The notes under the pieces are model-generated. The model was not told where the DNA came from and did no database searches. It saw nothing but the letters and a program-made list of their open reading frames with translations. Source: Octopus sinensis (lineage: Eukaryota). From it: DNA of 64,000 nt. Each line of letters begins with the position of its first letter. Position 1 is the stretch's first letter. The stretch covers positions 58,962,001 to 59,026,000 of the forward strand of contig NC_043007.1 of assembly GCF_006345805.1 (NCBI RefSeq), in the 5' to 3' direction. Shown one piece after another: positions 36,280-47,793 of the stretch. Made by a program: the position numbers and the translations under genes.

Positions 36280-36727
36280 TGAGAGGGAGTGAAAGAGAGA
36301 GGGGGAGACAGAAAAAGAAAGAGAATGAAATGGCAAGTAACATTGATTCGTTTTTTTCAGTTCCTTCCCTACAAGCAATACCACCACTACCACCACCACC
36401 ACCACCACCACCACCGCAACTGCTACTGCCACCTTCACCGTCACCACCATCACTATCATCACCATCACCACTATGAACACACCTGACACTTTTACTTTGA
36501 GTACCACTGCAAAACGTAAGTGTGGATTTTACCATCTTCTGCTATCAGAGATGAATATGTACATGTAATAATTTTGGTCTGTCACAGGAATAAATCTTTT
36601 CTCGATATCAGTTTGTTCTTTTTTGTCCTGTTCTCTGTTACTACTAGTGGTTTTGCTGCTGCTGCTGCTGTTGTTGTTGCTGTTGCTACTACTACTACTA
36701 CTACTATACTACTACTACTACTACTAC

Positions 36728-36782
<55 letters not shown>

Positions 36783-37198
36783 TTCTATTACAGGCACAAG
36801 GCTTGAAATTTTGGAAGATGAGGATAGTTAGCTACATTGGCACCAGTGCATAACTGGTACTTATTTCATCAACCTTGCACCCCAAAAAGGATGACCAGCA
36901 AAGTCAGCCTCAGTAGCATTTGGACTCAGAGTATAAAGAAATGCTGCTAGGCATTTTGTCTGGTCTGCTAATGATTATGCCAGCTTGCTCCTTTACAACA
37001 ACAAATAACAATAATAATAAGCCTTTCTACTATAGGCATGAGGCATGAAATTTGGTGGGGAGGGGGTAAGTCGATTACATTGACCCCGGTGTGTAACTGG
37101 TACTTATCTCAGCGGAATTTGAACTTAGAATAATAATCCTTTCTACTAAAGGCAAAAGGCCTGAAATTTTGGTGGGAAGGGATTAGCCAATTAGTCTG

Positions 37199-37396
37199 TG
37201 AAAGGCAAAGGCGACCTTGGCACAATTTAAACTCAGAATGTAAAACTGGAAGAGATGTTACAAGGCATTCTGTCCGATGTGCTAACAATTCTGCCAGCTT
37301 GCCATCTTCTTTTATTTAATAATAAAAAAGAAATTCATAAAAAATTCATATCAATTATTGATCTTAAAGTCAATAACCAGAATATGCACATTATTG
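37199..37396 (+). repeat. 198-bp direct duplicate of 38398-38595 inserted inside a SINE
   Basis: Three mismatches in 198 bp; includes non-SINE flank. Confidence 0.9.
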
Positions 37397-37903
37397 TTTC
37401 ACTGGTACTTAATTTATTGACCCTGAAACGATGAAAGGCAAAAACAACCCTGGCGGAATTTGAACTCAGAACATAAAGATGGTCACAGTGCCGCTAAGTA
37501 ACAGTATGCTATTTAATCTATACTTGGAACCCTGACAGTTGCTACTGCCCTGGGTCAGAGTAGATCCAGGAGCAATGGTGGCTAAGAGGTGGTTCCAAAT
37601 TGGCCTGATACAAACTCTTTTTCATTGAATAGAATGGATATTGTTGGGATGTCGTTGTTTGTGGCCTGGAAGTTGTTGGCCAGGTGCTTCTTTGCTTCCA
37701 GGGTGTTTGACCACACCATCATGTGAACATTGGGGGTCTTTTCTCTCACCTTCATGCTCTTATGCTGTTGTTTCCTTCATGTTGGTGATGTTGGGTTGCA
37801 TTGCTTTGATGTAGTTCAGCAGGCTGTCTATCAACATTCTGCTGGACTTGTCTGTGAGGAAGCACATAACTTCCCTATTTTTTGTGTACACACATACAAT
37901 TAT

Positions 37904-37942
<39 letters not shown>

Positions 37943-38294
37943 ACACACACACACACCACGCACACACTGATACAGATGTAAATGCATGCACAGATAAGGA
38001 TACACACCATAGAAAGAGAGAATGGACTAAACAACACAGTAGGAGACACATGGGATCGAAAGTCACTGAAGAAGTCACAGGAGGTGTGATGAAAGATTTC
38101 CAGACAAAGGGCATAAAATGAGGACAATAATAAATCTGAAGTGTAGAATGAATATATAGTATGTGTATTTATTTGGGGTAGGGGAAAATGACCATCCCAA
38201 AATATAACAATAGAATTTAATTTTTTAAAAAAGTGTTTTGCTTTGTTTAGTCTTGCTTCAAACTCACATCCTTGTTTTTCTTTTATTTAATAAT

Positions 38295-38506
38295 CCTTTC
38301 TTCCATAGGTGCAAGGCCTGAAATTTGTGAGGAGAGAATAGTTGATTGCATCAAACCCAGTGCTCAGTTAGTGTTTATTTTATCAACCCTAAAAGGATGA
38401 AAGGCAAAGGCAACCTTGGCACAATTTAAACTCAGAATGTAAAACTGGAAGAGATGTTACAAGGCATTCTGTCCGATGTGCTAACAATTCTGCCAGCTTA
38501 CCATCT
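38295..38506 (-). mobile_element. tRNA-derived SINE with 16-bp TSD
   Basis: TCTTTTATTTAATAAT at 38279-38294 and 38507-38522. Confidence 0.85.
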
Positions 38507-38839
38507 TCTTTTATTTAATAATAAAAAAGAAATTCATATAAAATTCATATCAATTATTGATCTTAAAGTCAATAACCAGAATATGCACATTATTGAATTG
38601 GTTGGAAGTCAGTCATAGGTGGTTGAGGAGCTAAACAGCCAATCTATTAATGAAAAGTTAGCAACTAATTTTGACCTGAAGTGTTACATTGTATCCCCGG
38701 TACATGGTAAAGAAATTTACAACTCAGTAATCTAGTCTACCTTGTTGTGAATAAGTGCTATGAATAAAGGCAGCAAGCTGGAAGAAACGTTAGCACACCA
38801 GGTGAAATACTTAGTGGTATTTTGTCTATCTTTGCATTC

Positions 38840-40227
38840 ATCATCATCATCATCATCATCATTTAACGTCCGCTTTCCATGCTAGCATGGGTTGGACGGT
38901 TCAACTGGGGTCTGGGGAGCCCGAAAGCTGCACCAGTCCAGTCAGATCTGGCAGTGTTTCTACAGCTGGATGCCCTTCCTAACGCCAACCACTCCGAGAG
39001 TGTAGTGGGTGATTTTATGTGCCACCGACACAGGTGCCAGACGAGGCTGGCAAACGGCCACGCTCGGATGGTGTTTTTTATGTGCCACCGACACAGGTGC
39101 CAGACGAGGCTGGCAGACGGCCACGCTCGGATGGTGTTTTTATGTGCCACCGACACAGGTGCCAGACGAGGCTGGCAGACGGCCACGCTCGGATGGTGTT
39201 TTTATGTGCCACCGACACAGGTGCCAGACGAGGCTGGCAGACGGCCACGCTCGGATGGTGTTTTTATGTGCCACCGACACAGGTGCCAGACGAGGCTGGC
39301 AGACGGCCACGCTCGGATGGTGTTTTTATGTGCCACCGACACAGGTGCCAGACGAGGCTGGCAGACGGCCACGCTCGGATGGTGTTTTTATGTGCCACCG
39401 ACACAGGTGCCAGATGAGGCTGGCAAACGGCCACGATCGGATGGTGCTTGTTACGTGCCCACAGCACGGAGGCCAGTCGATGCGGTACTGGCTACGGCCA
39501 CGTTCGGATGGTTTTCTTATGTGCCACGTGCCACCGGCACTGGTACCACAAAGATACAAATTCCATTGATGTTCATCTATTTTGATTTGTTTTGATTTTC
39601 ACTTGCCTCAACAGGTCTTCACAAGTGTCACAAGAAGGAAGGTATGCACAGGTGGACTGACTACGTCCCAGGTAGGGGCCATGGGTTATGGCCTGACTAG
39701 TCTTGCCGGGTCTTCGGATGGTGTTTTTATGTGCCACCGACACAGGTGCTAGATGAGGCTGGCGAACGGCCACGATCGGATGGTGTTTGTCATGTGCCCA
39801 CCGCACTGACTACGGCACTGATGGATTTCTTGTGTGCCACAGGCACTGGTACCACAAGATACAAATTCCATTGATGTTCATCTATTTTGTCTATTTTGAT
39901 TTGATTTGATTTTCACTTGTCTCAACCGGTCTTCACAAGTGTCACAAGAAGGAAGGTATGCACAGGTGGACTGACTAGTCTTGCCGGGTCTTCGGAAGGT
40001 GTTTTTATGTGCCACCGACACAGGTGCCAGATGAGGCTGGCAAACGGCCATGATCGGATGGTGTTTGTTACGTGCCCACAGCACGGAGGCCGGTCGATGC
40101 GGAACTGGCTACGGCCACGTTCGGATGGTTCTCTTGTGTGCCACAAAGTGTGTGCCACCGGCACTGGTACCACAAAGATACAGATTCCATTGATGTTCAT
40201 CTATTTTGATTTGTTTTGATTTGATTT
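38840..40227 (-). mobile_element. GC-rich non-autonomous retroposon with (ATG)n tail and internal tandem arrays, inserted into a SINE
   Basis: 3' end TTAGGAAGGGCATCCAGCTG...GGACGTTAAATGATGATG is shared with many short copies in the window; the host SINE head (38765-38839) resumes at 40228. Confidence 0.8.
39014..39447. repeat. 62-bp minisatellite, about 7 units
   Basis: Unit TTTATGTGCCACCGACACAGGTGCCAGACGAGGCTGGCAGACGGCCACGCTCGGATGGTGTT; internal units identical, edge units variant. Confidence 0.95.
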
Positions 40228-42741
40228 TTCTGAGTTCAAATTCCGTTGAGGTCAACTTTGCCTTTCATCCTCTTGGGGGTCGATAAATTAAACACCGGTT
40301 GTGTACTGGGGTTGATCTAATCGACTGGCCCCCTCCCTCAAAATTTCGGGCTTTGTGCCTAGAGGAGAAAAGAATAAGTACCATGATTAGGAGTAACTTA
40401 CTCCAATCATTAAGCAGTAATTATTACTAGATAATTCATAAAATTTTGTTAGCTTCTAGCACCAACTTTAAATTCTTTCATTGACAGCCTCTGCAACAGA
40501 CTTTCCTCTTTCATAGTCACAGACTTATCTGTCAAAGTCTCTAAACAACTTAAAACCTGTGATATATTGCAATACTCTACTGTATACATCAGTCAATAAA
40601 ATAGGATATAAAAGTTAAAATTCATTTGCTTTCTAATTACAATATTTGTAATTATTGCAGTTTTCTTTTGTTCTTCCACTTGTTCTTTCTTTTTTTCTTC
40701 CCTTCTTTCCTCCTTTGTTCTTTCTTTCCATCTATCTTTCTTTCCTTCCTCCTTTTCTGTCTTTCTTTCTTCTTTTTTCTTGAAGTTATATTAGTTGTAT
40801 TAACATCAGTTTTTTAATCAATTTTTTAACTGTTGGTTTTTCCATCCTAACATTGATTAAATCATCTACAATTTCTGATTCTTACTTGAATCATATGTGC
40901 ATGTATTCCACAGTTTGGTTATTCTCTACACTTAATGACATCAACTTAATCAATAAATTATTCCTATAAAAACTGAATTCATGTATAATATGCACTCATG
41001 TATAATGCATGCTTGTAATTATGGACAATGGAATGCTGGATAAATATGCTATGACTTTTATTTAGTAATACAATGTATAGAAAAAGAAGTTTTTATCAGA
41101 TTTATTAGAGTTACTGTATAAAAATATATTGAAAATATTCACACAGTCATTTAGTCAGATTTATTATAATTGCTGTATATAATATACTGAAAACATTCAC
41201 ACATCCTAAATAAAACAGAAAGCAGATTCAAAAGCAACATTTGAATTTTACCATTCTAGACTATAAAAGTGCACCTGCTGTAAAGTCAATATTGTGGAAA
41301 TAATGCAGTCATTTTTTTTTGTTTTGTTTTTTCATGAACGAAGTGTATATTATACATGCATAAATACAGTAATTTACCATAGCAATTGCCTAATGAATAA
41401 ATAAACTCAATACATCAGGATTAACTTTTCCAGCAAACTATCTAAATATACCATCTTTAAAATAATGATCAACATATTTAACATTGCTAAATCTTAAGAC
41501 ACCATGATCTACAGTAAAGGTGAGCTTATCCTGACTAGAAGCATCAGTCACTGTTTTGTTTGACTGTCCACCTTCACATCTTTGGTTCACTAAAAACCTA
41601 AATGACCACCACCACCAATAATTGCAATAAGTGAGAAATATAATGGGAGTTTGGGATGTGTTTTTACTTTGAGATCAAATGGGATGTTAACTAAAATACT
41701 GTTTGATTGATTCTTTTATGGATGCTTTGATGCAATAGGTACATTGGTAGGAGCTGGACAACAGTTTAAGAAGTAGTTTATCACTTTAAAAAAGTGTAGA
41801 TAAGTCAATAAGACACTAGCTTGGAGATCAGCAGATTCTGTATTTTGTCTAAGCCACAAACTGTTGAGTTCATTTAGATACAAGTAGGTACCACCAGCTA
41901 GGAATAATCTACTACTGTAAACCATAGCAGCAGTGTAAAATACACAAACATTTCATAGTTTTCCATATTAATCTTGAATGCTCCTACTTATAAAATCTGT
42001 AAAGAGCGGGCTCTGCCAAGTTCACTTGCCTAAGATATGTGAAAGCTTTGTGTTTAGTGATAGCTCTATTTCTCTATCTGTTTCTGTCATTTTTATAGCT
42101 GAGTTCATATTTGCGTAACACAAATTGTAAGAATCTCTTGATCATGATTAAAAGTCAACAGAACTGATAGAAGTTACTGTTAAGAAGATTATAATTTTTC
42201 AGACTGTTAACATCATCTTTAAGGATGAAACATTAGTTTTATAATGTTTAAATCTATATTACAATTCAATTTCAGTTTATCTTATTCATGGCAGTGTACA
42301 TAATCTCAGACTAAATTCAAACTACAGAGTTAGTTCATGAAAGTCTTTGTTGGAATCCATTCTGATAATTTGTAGCTTGGAGCTAATTTTAGAAAGTATT
42401 ATCAGGGTAAGTCTGTGATTAGATTTCCATTCTCTGTAGGAAAATACTTCCTTTCACTCTCTATGAACACTTCCAGAAATAAGACACCTGATGATGACTG
42501 GAGATCAAACTGATGAAAATGTAATGTAAATGTAAATATTTTTAATATTTTCATCTTTTAGAGATAAGGTTAATAGCTTGTCAAAATTAAATGAATTGTC
42601 TTGTTGAAGAACATAACCTAATGTCCTCAGTTAGTTATGAACTGACAACCACAGAGCCTGATGTCTATTTTCAATAAAAATAAAAACTTACATAGGCACA
42701 AAATTTGAAAATGATGAAGAATTTAATAAAAATAACGTCAT

Positions 42742-43768
42742 TACCTCAGCCTTAGTGAAGGTGGAGGTATTGTTTTCAGTTGTGTTCGTTTGTTTGTCCA
42801 TGGACAAGATATTTTAAGAACCACTGGATGAATTTAGATGACATTTTCAGGGATGTTTGGCCTCATGACTGACATGGTCTCATTAGATTTTGGGATTGAT
42901 CTGGTACCGGGCAAAGGTTCTGGATTATTTTTCCAATTTTTTTTACTTTACATGTATCTGTAAAGTTTCACATAGCTCTCTTGTACACATATACACATAC
43001 ACACATATATTCACACATTTTCAGCGTTGAACATTACCGTCCCATTTCCATTGTACACACACACACACACACACACACCACACACACACACACACACACA
43101 TGCAAACATACCTCTCTTTTACATGCACATATGCTCACACTTCGTTTATTGGCTCTCCCCTCCTTCCTTCATTATTCATCTATCATCCCTTCCTTTCTCA
43201 TTCATACGATGCTCTCTTTGCCATTTATCTCCTCTACCTTTACGTCTCACTCTGACTAACCACATGTGAATCATTGGCGATTTTCTTCCTCCATCTTCCC
43301 TTCTATTGGATTTTCCACTGTTTCTGAAAAAGAGCGTCTGCTCAAAACGTTAAACCACCTTACTTTCCTTTCCTGAGCACCAGCTAATACATTACATGTA
43401 CCACGTCCTTGCATTGTTGTTTTTTTGTGTTTGTTCTTTTTGGATTTACTCTGTGTGTGTGTGTGTGTGTGTGTGTATGTATACAAATATATAAAAAGAC
43501 AATGCTCGTTATTATATTAGGAGATTATACATACATTTTAACACTTTACAGTATATTTACATATATACTTAATTCTGTACATCAATCTAAAACAGCAGGA
43601 TTACAAAAGGAAGACCAGAATTTAAGAGAAGAGAAAACCAAAAGGTCTCATGATATTCATTGAAGGACTTTATTTCAGATATTCTCATTTTAAAAATCAT
43701 CTGGTTAATCGTTGAGAGGATGTTGGTGTTGCATCGGCAGAGGTTTGTGCTCTCTCAGCACTCTTGTT
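42742..43768 (+). mobile_element. Non-autonomous Helentron-like (DINE-1/HINE-type) element nested in a MITE
   Basis: 5' ACCTCAGCC with adjacent inverted GGTGGAGGT; 3' subterminal GGCAGAGGT followed by stem-loop GTGCT-CTCTC-AGCAC; internal (CA)/(TG) tracts; host MITE sequence rejoins across the insertion. Confidence 0.65.
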
Positions 43769-44061
43769 ATTATTAAGCTGATGTTTGGAATATAAATTAA
43801 CTTGAAATTCCAAAAGACAGTTTTAATTTAGATCACTTTGAGACAGAAAGTTTGTATCAGGGTTGTCTCAAGCAGGTTTGTATCAGAAACATTGAAGAGG
43901 TGAGTAAAGTGAACGGCTTATAACCAAGAATGGATATTTATTTATAGATTCAGCTGTTATTCTATATAACACTTGCCATATTTTGTCAATGACATTGCCA
44001 ACAATAAGTTCTTCTCCAAAATTTCAGGCTGTGGGCCTATAGTAGAAAGGATTATTATTAC

Positions 44062-44096
<35 letters not shown>

Positions 44097-44098
<2 letters not shown>

Positions 44099-44562
44099 TC
44101 TTTATCACAGGTTTTGTTGGAGCTTCTGGAGTCTTGCGTGCATAGCATGCTTACTACCTGCAGCCTACGGTACTCATGCTATTCATTCTTTTCAGCTGTC
44201 TAATACTTCCTGATTATTCTGGCCATGCCAAGGAGGCAAAACTTTTGTAACAGTTCTACTGGGCATTCTATTCCAATTTCCTTTATATTCCTCTTGATGC
44301 CTTCTGATACTGTTCCCAAGGACCCAACAATAATTGGCACTATCTTCACCTTCATTTTCCATAGCCAGGCTACTTCATACTTAAGAGGGTTATATCTCTC
44401 TATCTTTTCACTTTCCTTCTTGACTATTTGTCGGTCAAAGGGGCATCCAATGGCAACTATATAACATATGTGGTTCACCTTGTTCATCACCACTAAGTCT
44501 GGTTTGTCATGCTCTAGGACCTGATCCGTTTGGTTTGGGAAATCCCAGAGGATTTAGCTAGT

Positions 44563-44565
<3 letters not shown>
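44097..44565 (-). mobile_element. 5'-truncated R4/Dong-clade fragment with 3' end
   Basis: ILWDFPNQTDQVLEHDKPDLVV...KIERY..LKYEV..LW...VPIIVGSLG...LLG; (ATT)n on both sides, the left tract being a SINE tail. Confidence 0.85.
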
Positions 44566-44622
<57 letters not shown>

Positions 44623-45554
44623 TGCTATTGATCTTGTCAGATGTGCTTTCTACCCAATCTTCAAAACACTGGCTTCTATGTACAATTGCATGGAATATTA
44701 AGTTTTAATATTTATTTTTGTACATAGACTCATCAGACTTTGCAAGTCTGTCTTCACAGGATTCTGATGAAGGAATAAGATTTGTTTTTGAAACAAATTC
44801 TTTTTTTCTGATTTTACATGAGCAAAATAGCTATGAGACATAAGCAGCCATGCCCCTTGAAGAAAAAGAAATTTGCAATTATGCAGATAAGAAAACAAAA
44901 CAAAAAAAAACGGTCAAGTAAATATTGTATAGCCGGACAAATGCCTTGAAAGAATAAAGAAAATCAATGACATTTCTATTAACAACGGCGTAAGTATGAA
45001 CAATACAAGTGATCACACACACACAAGGCAAAAATGCAGTTAAAATTAGTTTTGAAAATCGCAGTTTGTCTTGTTACCACTGCACACTGTGATATAAAAG
45101 TGAATATGACCAAGCTTAAGTAAATGCAAGTTGTCTAGCAGAACTATGTGGACTGAGATAGTCTCACTTTGCCTGAAATAGTATGAAAGAAGGTTGAGGT
45201 GGCAAGCTGGCCAAATGCTTAATGGCATATCGTGTATCTTTACACTCTGAGTTCAAATGCTGCCAGGCTTGACTTTATCTTTCATCCTTTCAAGGTCTAT
45301 AAAATTCTAGTTGAACACTGGGGTCGATGAAATTGTCTTACATTCTCCCCTGAAATTGAATAACCAATATAGAAAAAAGTCACGAAATTTGTGCATACTG
45401 AAAATTGACAAGTGTTTTCAACTGCCCTCAAAATAACAGCTGGAAGAGAATTTAATGGATGGATGCTCCTTATGCCCAGTTTATCTCACAACACATTAAC
45501 ACCTTGTTGTACATGCACACTGATATTACACAACCAACAGAACATGCTGGCTTC

Positions 45555-45690
45555 ATTTCTTTCAAGCTTTTGCATGCCCTCTGCTGTCACAGCCCATGTT
45601 TCACTATTATGTAGCATAGCTTTTCATGCAAGCATTATACAATCTGTTTTTCACTCTGTGGGAGAGTCCTTTGTCACCAATTAAGGTAAG
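45555..45690 (-). mobile_element. RTE-clade LINE fragment
   Basis: LIGDKGLSHRVKNRLYNACM, matching the RTE post-RT motif KGLSLRVKGRLY.AC; a related fragment lies near 12130-12260 (+). Confidence 0.6.
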
Positions 45691-46866
45691 TGTTGTGGTG
45701 AGAGGCATTGACACTCCTGGCAGAAGGGAGAATGGACTATCCGAACTCTTATAAAGAGTAGTAGTCAGTAGTAGTGGAGAGAGTGTTTTGGTAGTCTCAC
45801 GAAGTATGTCATGTGAACACATTGATTAAACCTCTGCTGCATAATTTATCTATACCAACCTGTGGCAGGATATAAAAGTGGCGTCAAGATATTCGAAACT
45901 TGCGTCAGACATCAAATTGTTTTTTGGTTTAAAAACCAAAAAAAATATCATTTAAGATGGAAGATTTGTTGGCATGTGTGATACAGTTGCAGCAGTAACA
46001 ACAGCAGTTATAACAACCACTACAACAGCAACAACAACAATACCAACAGTTACTGGAAGTAATGAAGAAGTCTGAAAATACTTCAGGTTTGTTCTCGTCA
46101 GACAGTGTAGCAAATTCAATTGGAGAATTTATTTATTACCCATAAGAAGGTACTACTTTTTCTGCATATTTTAGAAGATATGAAAAATCTTGAAAGAAGT
46201 ATGTAAAAGTTGGAATGACGAGAAAAAGGTGTGACTACTTTTAAGAAAGTTATCCCCTGCCGAACACGAAAAATATTGCAGTTATATTCTGCCGCTGAAA
46301 CCAGGTGAGATTTGTTTCAATGAAATAATCAAGTTATTATTGAGAATTTTCAGTGAAAGAAGTTCTCTGTTCAATATTCATTGGCAATGTTTAAATTTAC
46401 TTAAAAAGGATGATGAAGATTTTGTCACCTATGCTGGGGTTGTTAACAGAGAGTGTGAAAAATTCAAATTAGAAGAATTAACCCCGGATTTGTTGAAATG
46501 TTTTATTTTGGTTCAAGGGTTATCTGCAAGAAAAGATGCTGATATATGTTTCTGTATATTAACAAAATTAGAACAGGACCAAAAATTAACTCTGCAGACA
46601 GTGGCTGAAGAATGCCAGAGGATTATAAATTTAAGACATGATGCAGATAAAATTGAAGAAAAAGATTGCTTTAAAATACATGTGTGTTGTCCTGAAATGG
46701 ATAAGAAAAAAGAAAAACAAACATCATAACCAAATTTGTGCTATGGGTGCGAAGGTTTGCATAACCTTATCCATGCTATGGGTGTGGAGGTTTGCATTTT
46801 AAAAGTAATTCTCCTCTTAAAAATCGTAAATGTTTTGATTGTGGAAAAATTGGACATAAAAGTTCA
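45691..46866 (+). mobile_element. 5' half of a second Ty3/Gypsy element: short 5' LTR, PBS-like site, degenerate gag
   Basis: TGTTG start at 45691; TGGCG at 45879; gag from ATG 45957 with FSAYFRRYE, LLRKL..AEHEKY, VNRECEKFKL and knuckles CYGCGGLH / CFDCGKIGH; several stops. Confidence 0.75.
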
Positions 46867-46995
46867 ACAGACCATTGATTATAATCCCAGAAAGTCCATG
46901 AGGTCAATTGCAAAAGATCTCCATGTGTCAGAAGGAACAGTCAGAAATGTTGTCCACAAAGACATCAGATATAAGTCTTATATGGTGAGAAAAGG
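46860..46995 (+). mobile_element. Internal fragment of the maT-like transposase family seen at 1-352
   Basis: VQQTIDYNPRKSMRSIAKDLHVSEGTVRNVVHKDIRYKSY. Confidence 0.75.
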
Positions 46996-47706
46996 TGATG
47001 GTGATATATGAATGCACCCATGCCAGTGATATTTAAAAGGCACCCACATTGGTGACGCATCAAAGGTACTCATACCAGTGACAGGTAAAAGGCATCCAGC
47101 CATAGAAACCAAGCCAAAATAGACTGAAGCCTGGTGCAGCTCTCCTGTTTACCAGCTCCAGTCAAACTCCAGTCAATGCTACCATGGAAAGCGGGTGCTA
47201 AATGATGATGATGATGTATATACGTGTGTGTGTGTGTGTGTGTGTATGTATATATATATATATGTATGTGTGTGTATATGTCTGTGTGTGTATGTATATA
47301 TATATGTATGTGTGTGTATATGTGTGTGTGTATGTGTGTGTGTGTGCGCATATATGCACATATATGTATGTATGTATATCTCTCACTCTTCCTCCTTGAC
47401 TTTCTTGTTGCTTACACATGACCACGGCCATCCATCTTTCTTTCTTCCACTTCCTTCCTAAAGACAAGACGTGCTTTTACCTGTCTCTTCTCAAAGCTTG
47501 TTTTTCCAGCATTCACTACTTCACATTGTCTTGACTTAACAGCCCTCACCGTTTGTTTTTACTGTTTTGTTCTCACTGTTATATATATATATATATATAA
47601 AACTTCAGGGTGGATACTTGATAACTGTAAGCACCTGTATATGCCAGCTAGTGGTGTAGGTGATAAGATATATTTATCAAAAGAAAAACAGGATGCAAAG
47701 GGTTTT

Positions 47707-47793
47707 GTGGTACATATGTTTCTGGCTTTATTGAACAATTTATATCAATGCATAATTGATATAACATGTAGGTCAACAGCCTTCTTCAGCCGT
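47707..47793 (-). ncRNA. Type I hammerhead ribozyme motif with extended stem II, in a probable PLE pseudo-LTR relic (about 47590-48050)
   Basis: GG-CTGAAGA-AGGC...GCCA-GAAA-C-ATAT-G-TA|CC; stem II contains the perfect 9-bp hairpin TATATCAAT/ATTGATATA; A-A mismatch at the stem II closing pair; stem I only 2 bp. Confidence 0.6.

Noticed and set aside
39014-39447. CRISPR-like array
   Set aside because: Units are contiguous 62-bp repeats with no unique spacers, there are no cas genes, and the context is eukaryotic.
38863-39595. Long ORFs (238, 186, 132 aa)
   Set aside because: They are translations of the 62-bp minisatellite in several frames, with no domain features.
39594-39620. Hammerhead- or HDV-like ribozyme at CTGTTGAGGCAAGTGAAA (minus strand)
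   Set aside because: The core is non-canonical, and I could not form stem III with a UH triplet or an HDV double pseudoknot by eye.
42488-42512. CTGATGA-TGA...TCA hammerhead-like start
   Set aside because: No GAAA and no pairable stems I/III.
27596-46866. One large Gypsy element joining pol (27.6-30.6 kb) and gag (45.7-46.9 kb)
   Set aside because: The order is reversed, they are 15 kb apart, and the two putative LTRs are unrelated (TGTAGC vs TGTTGT starts).
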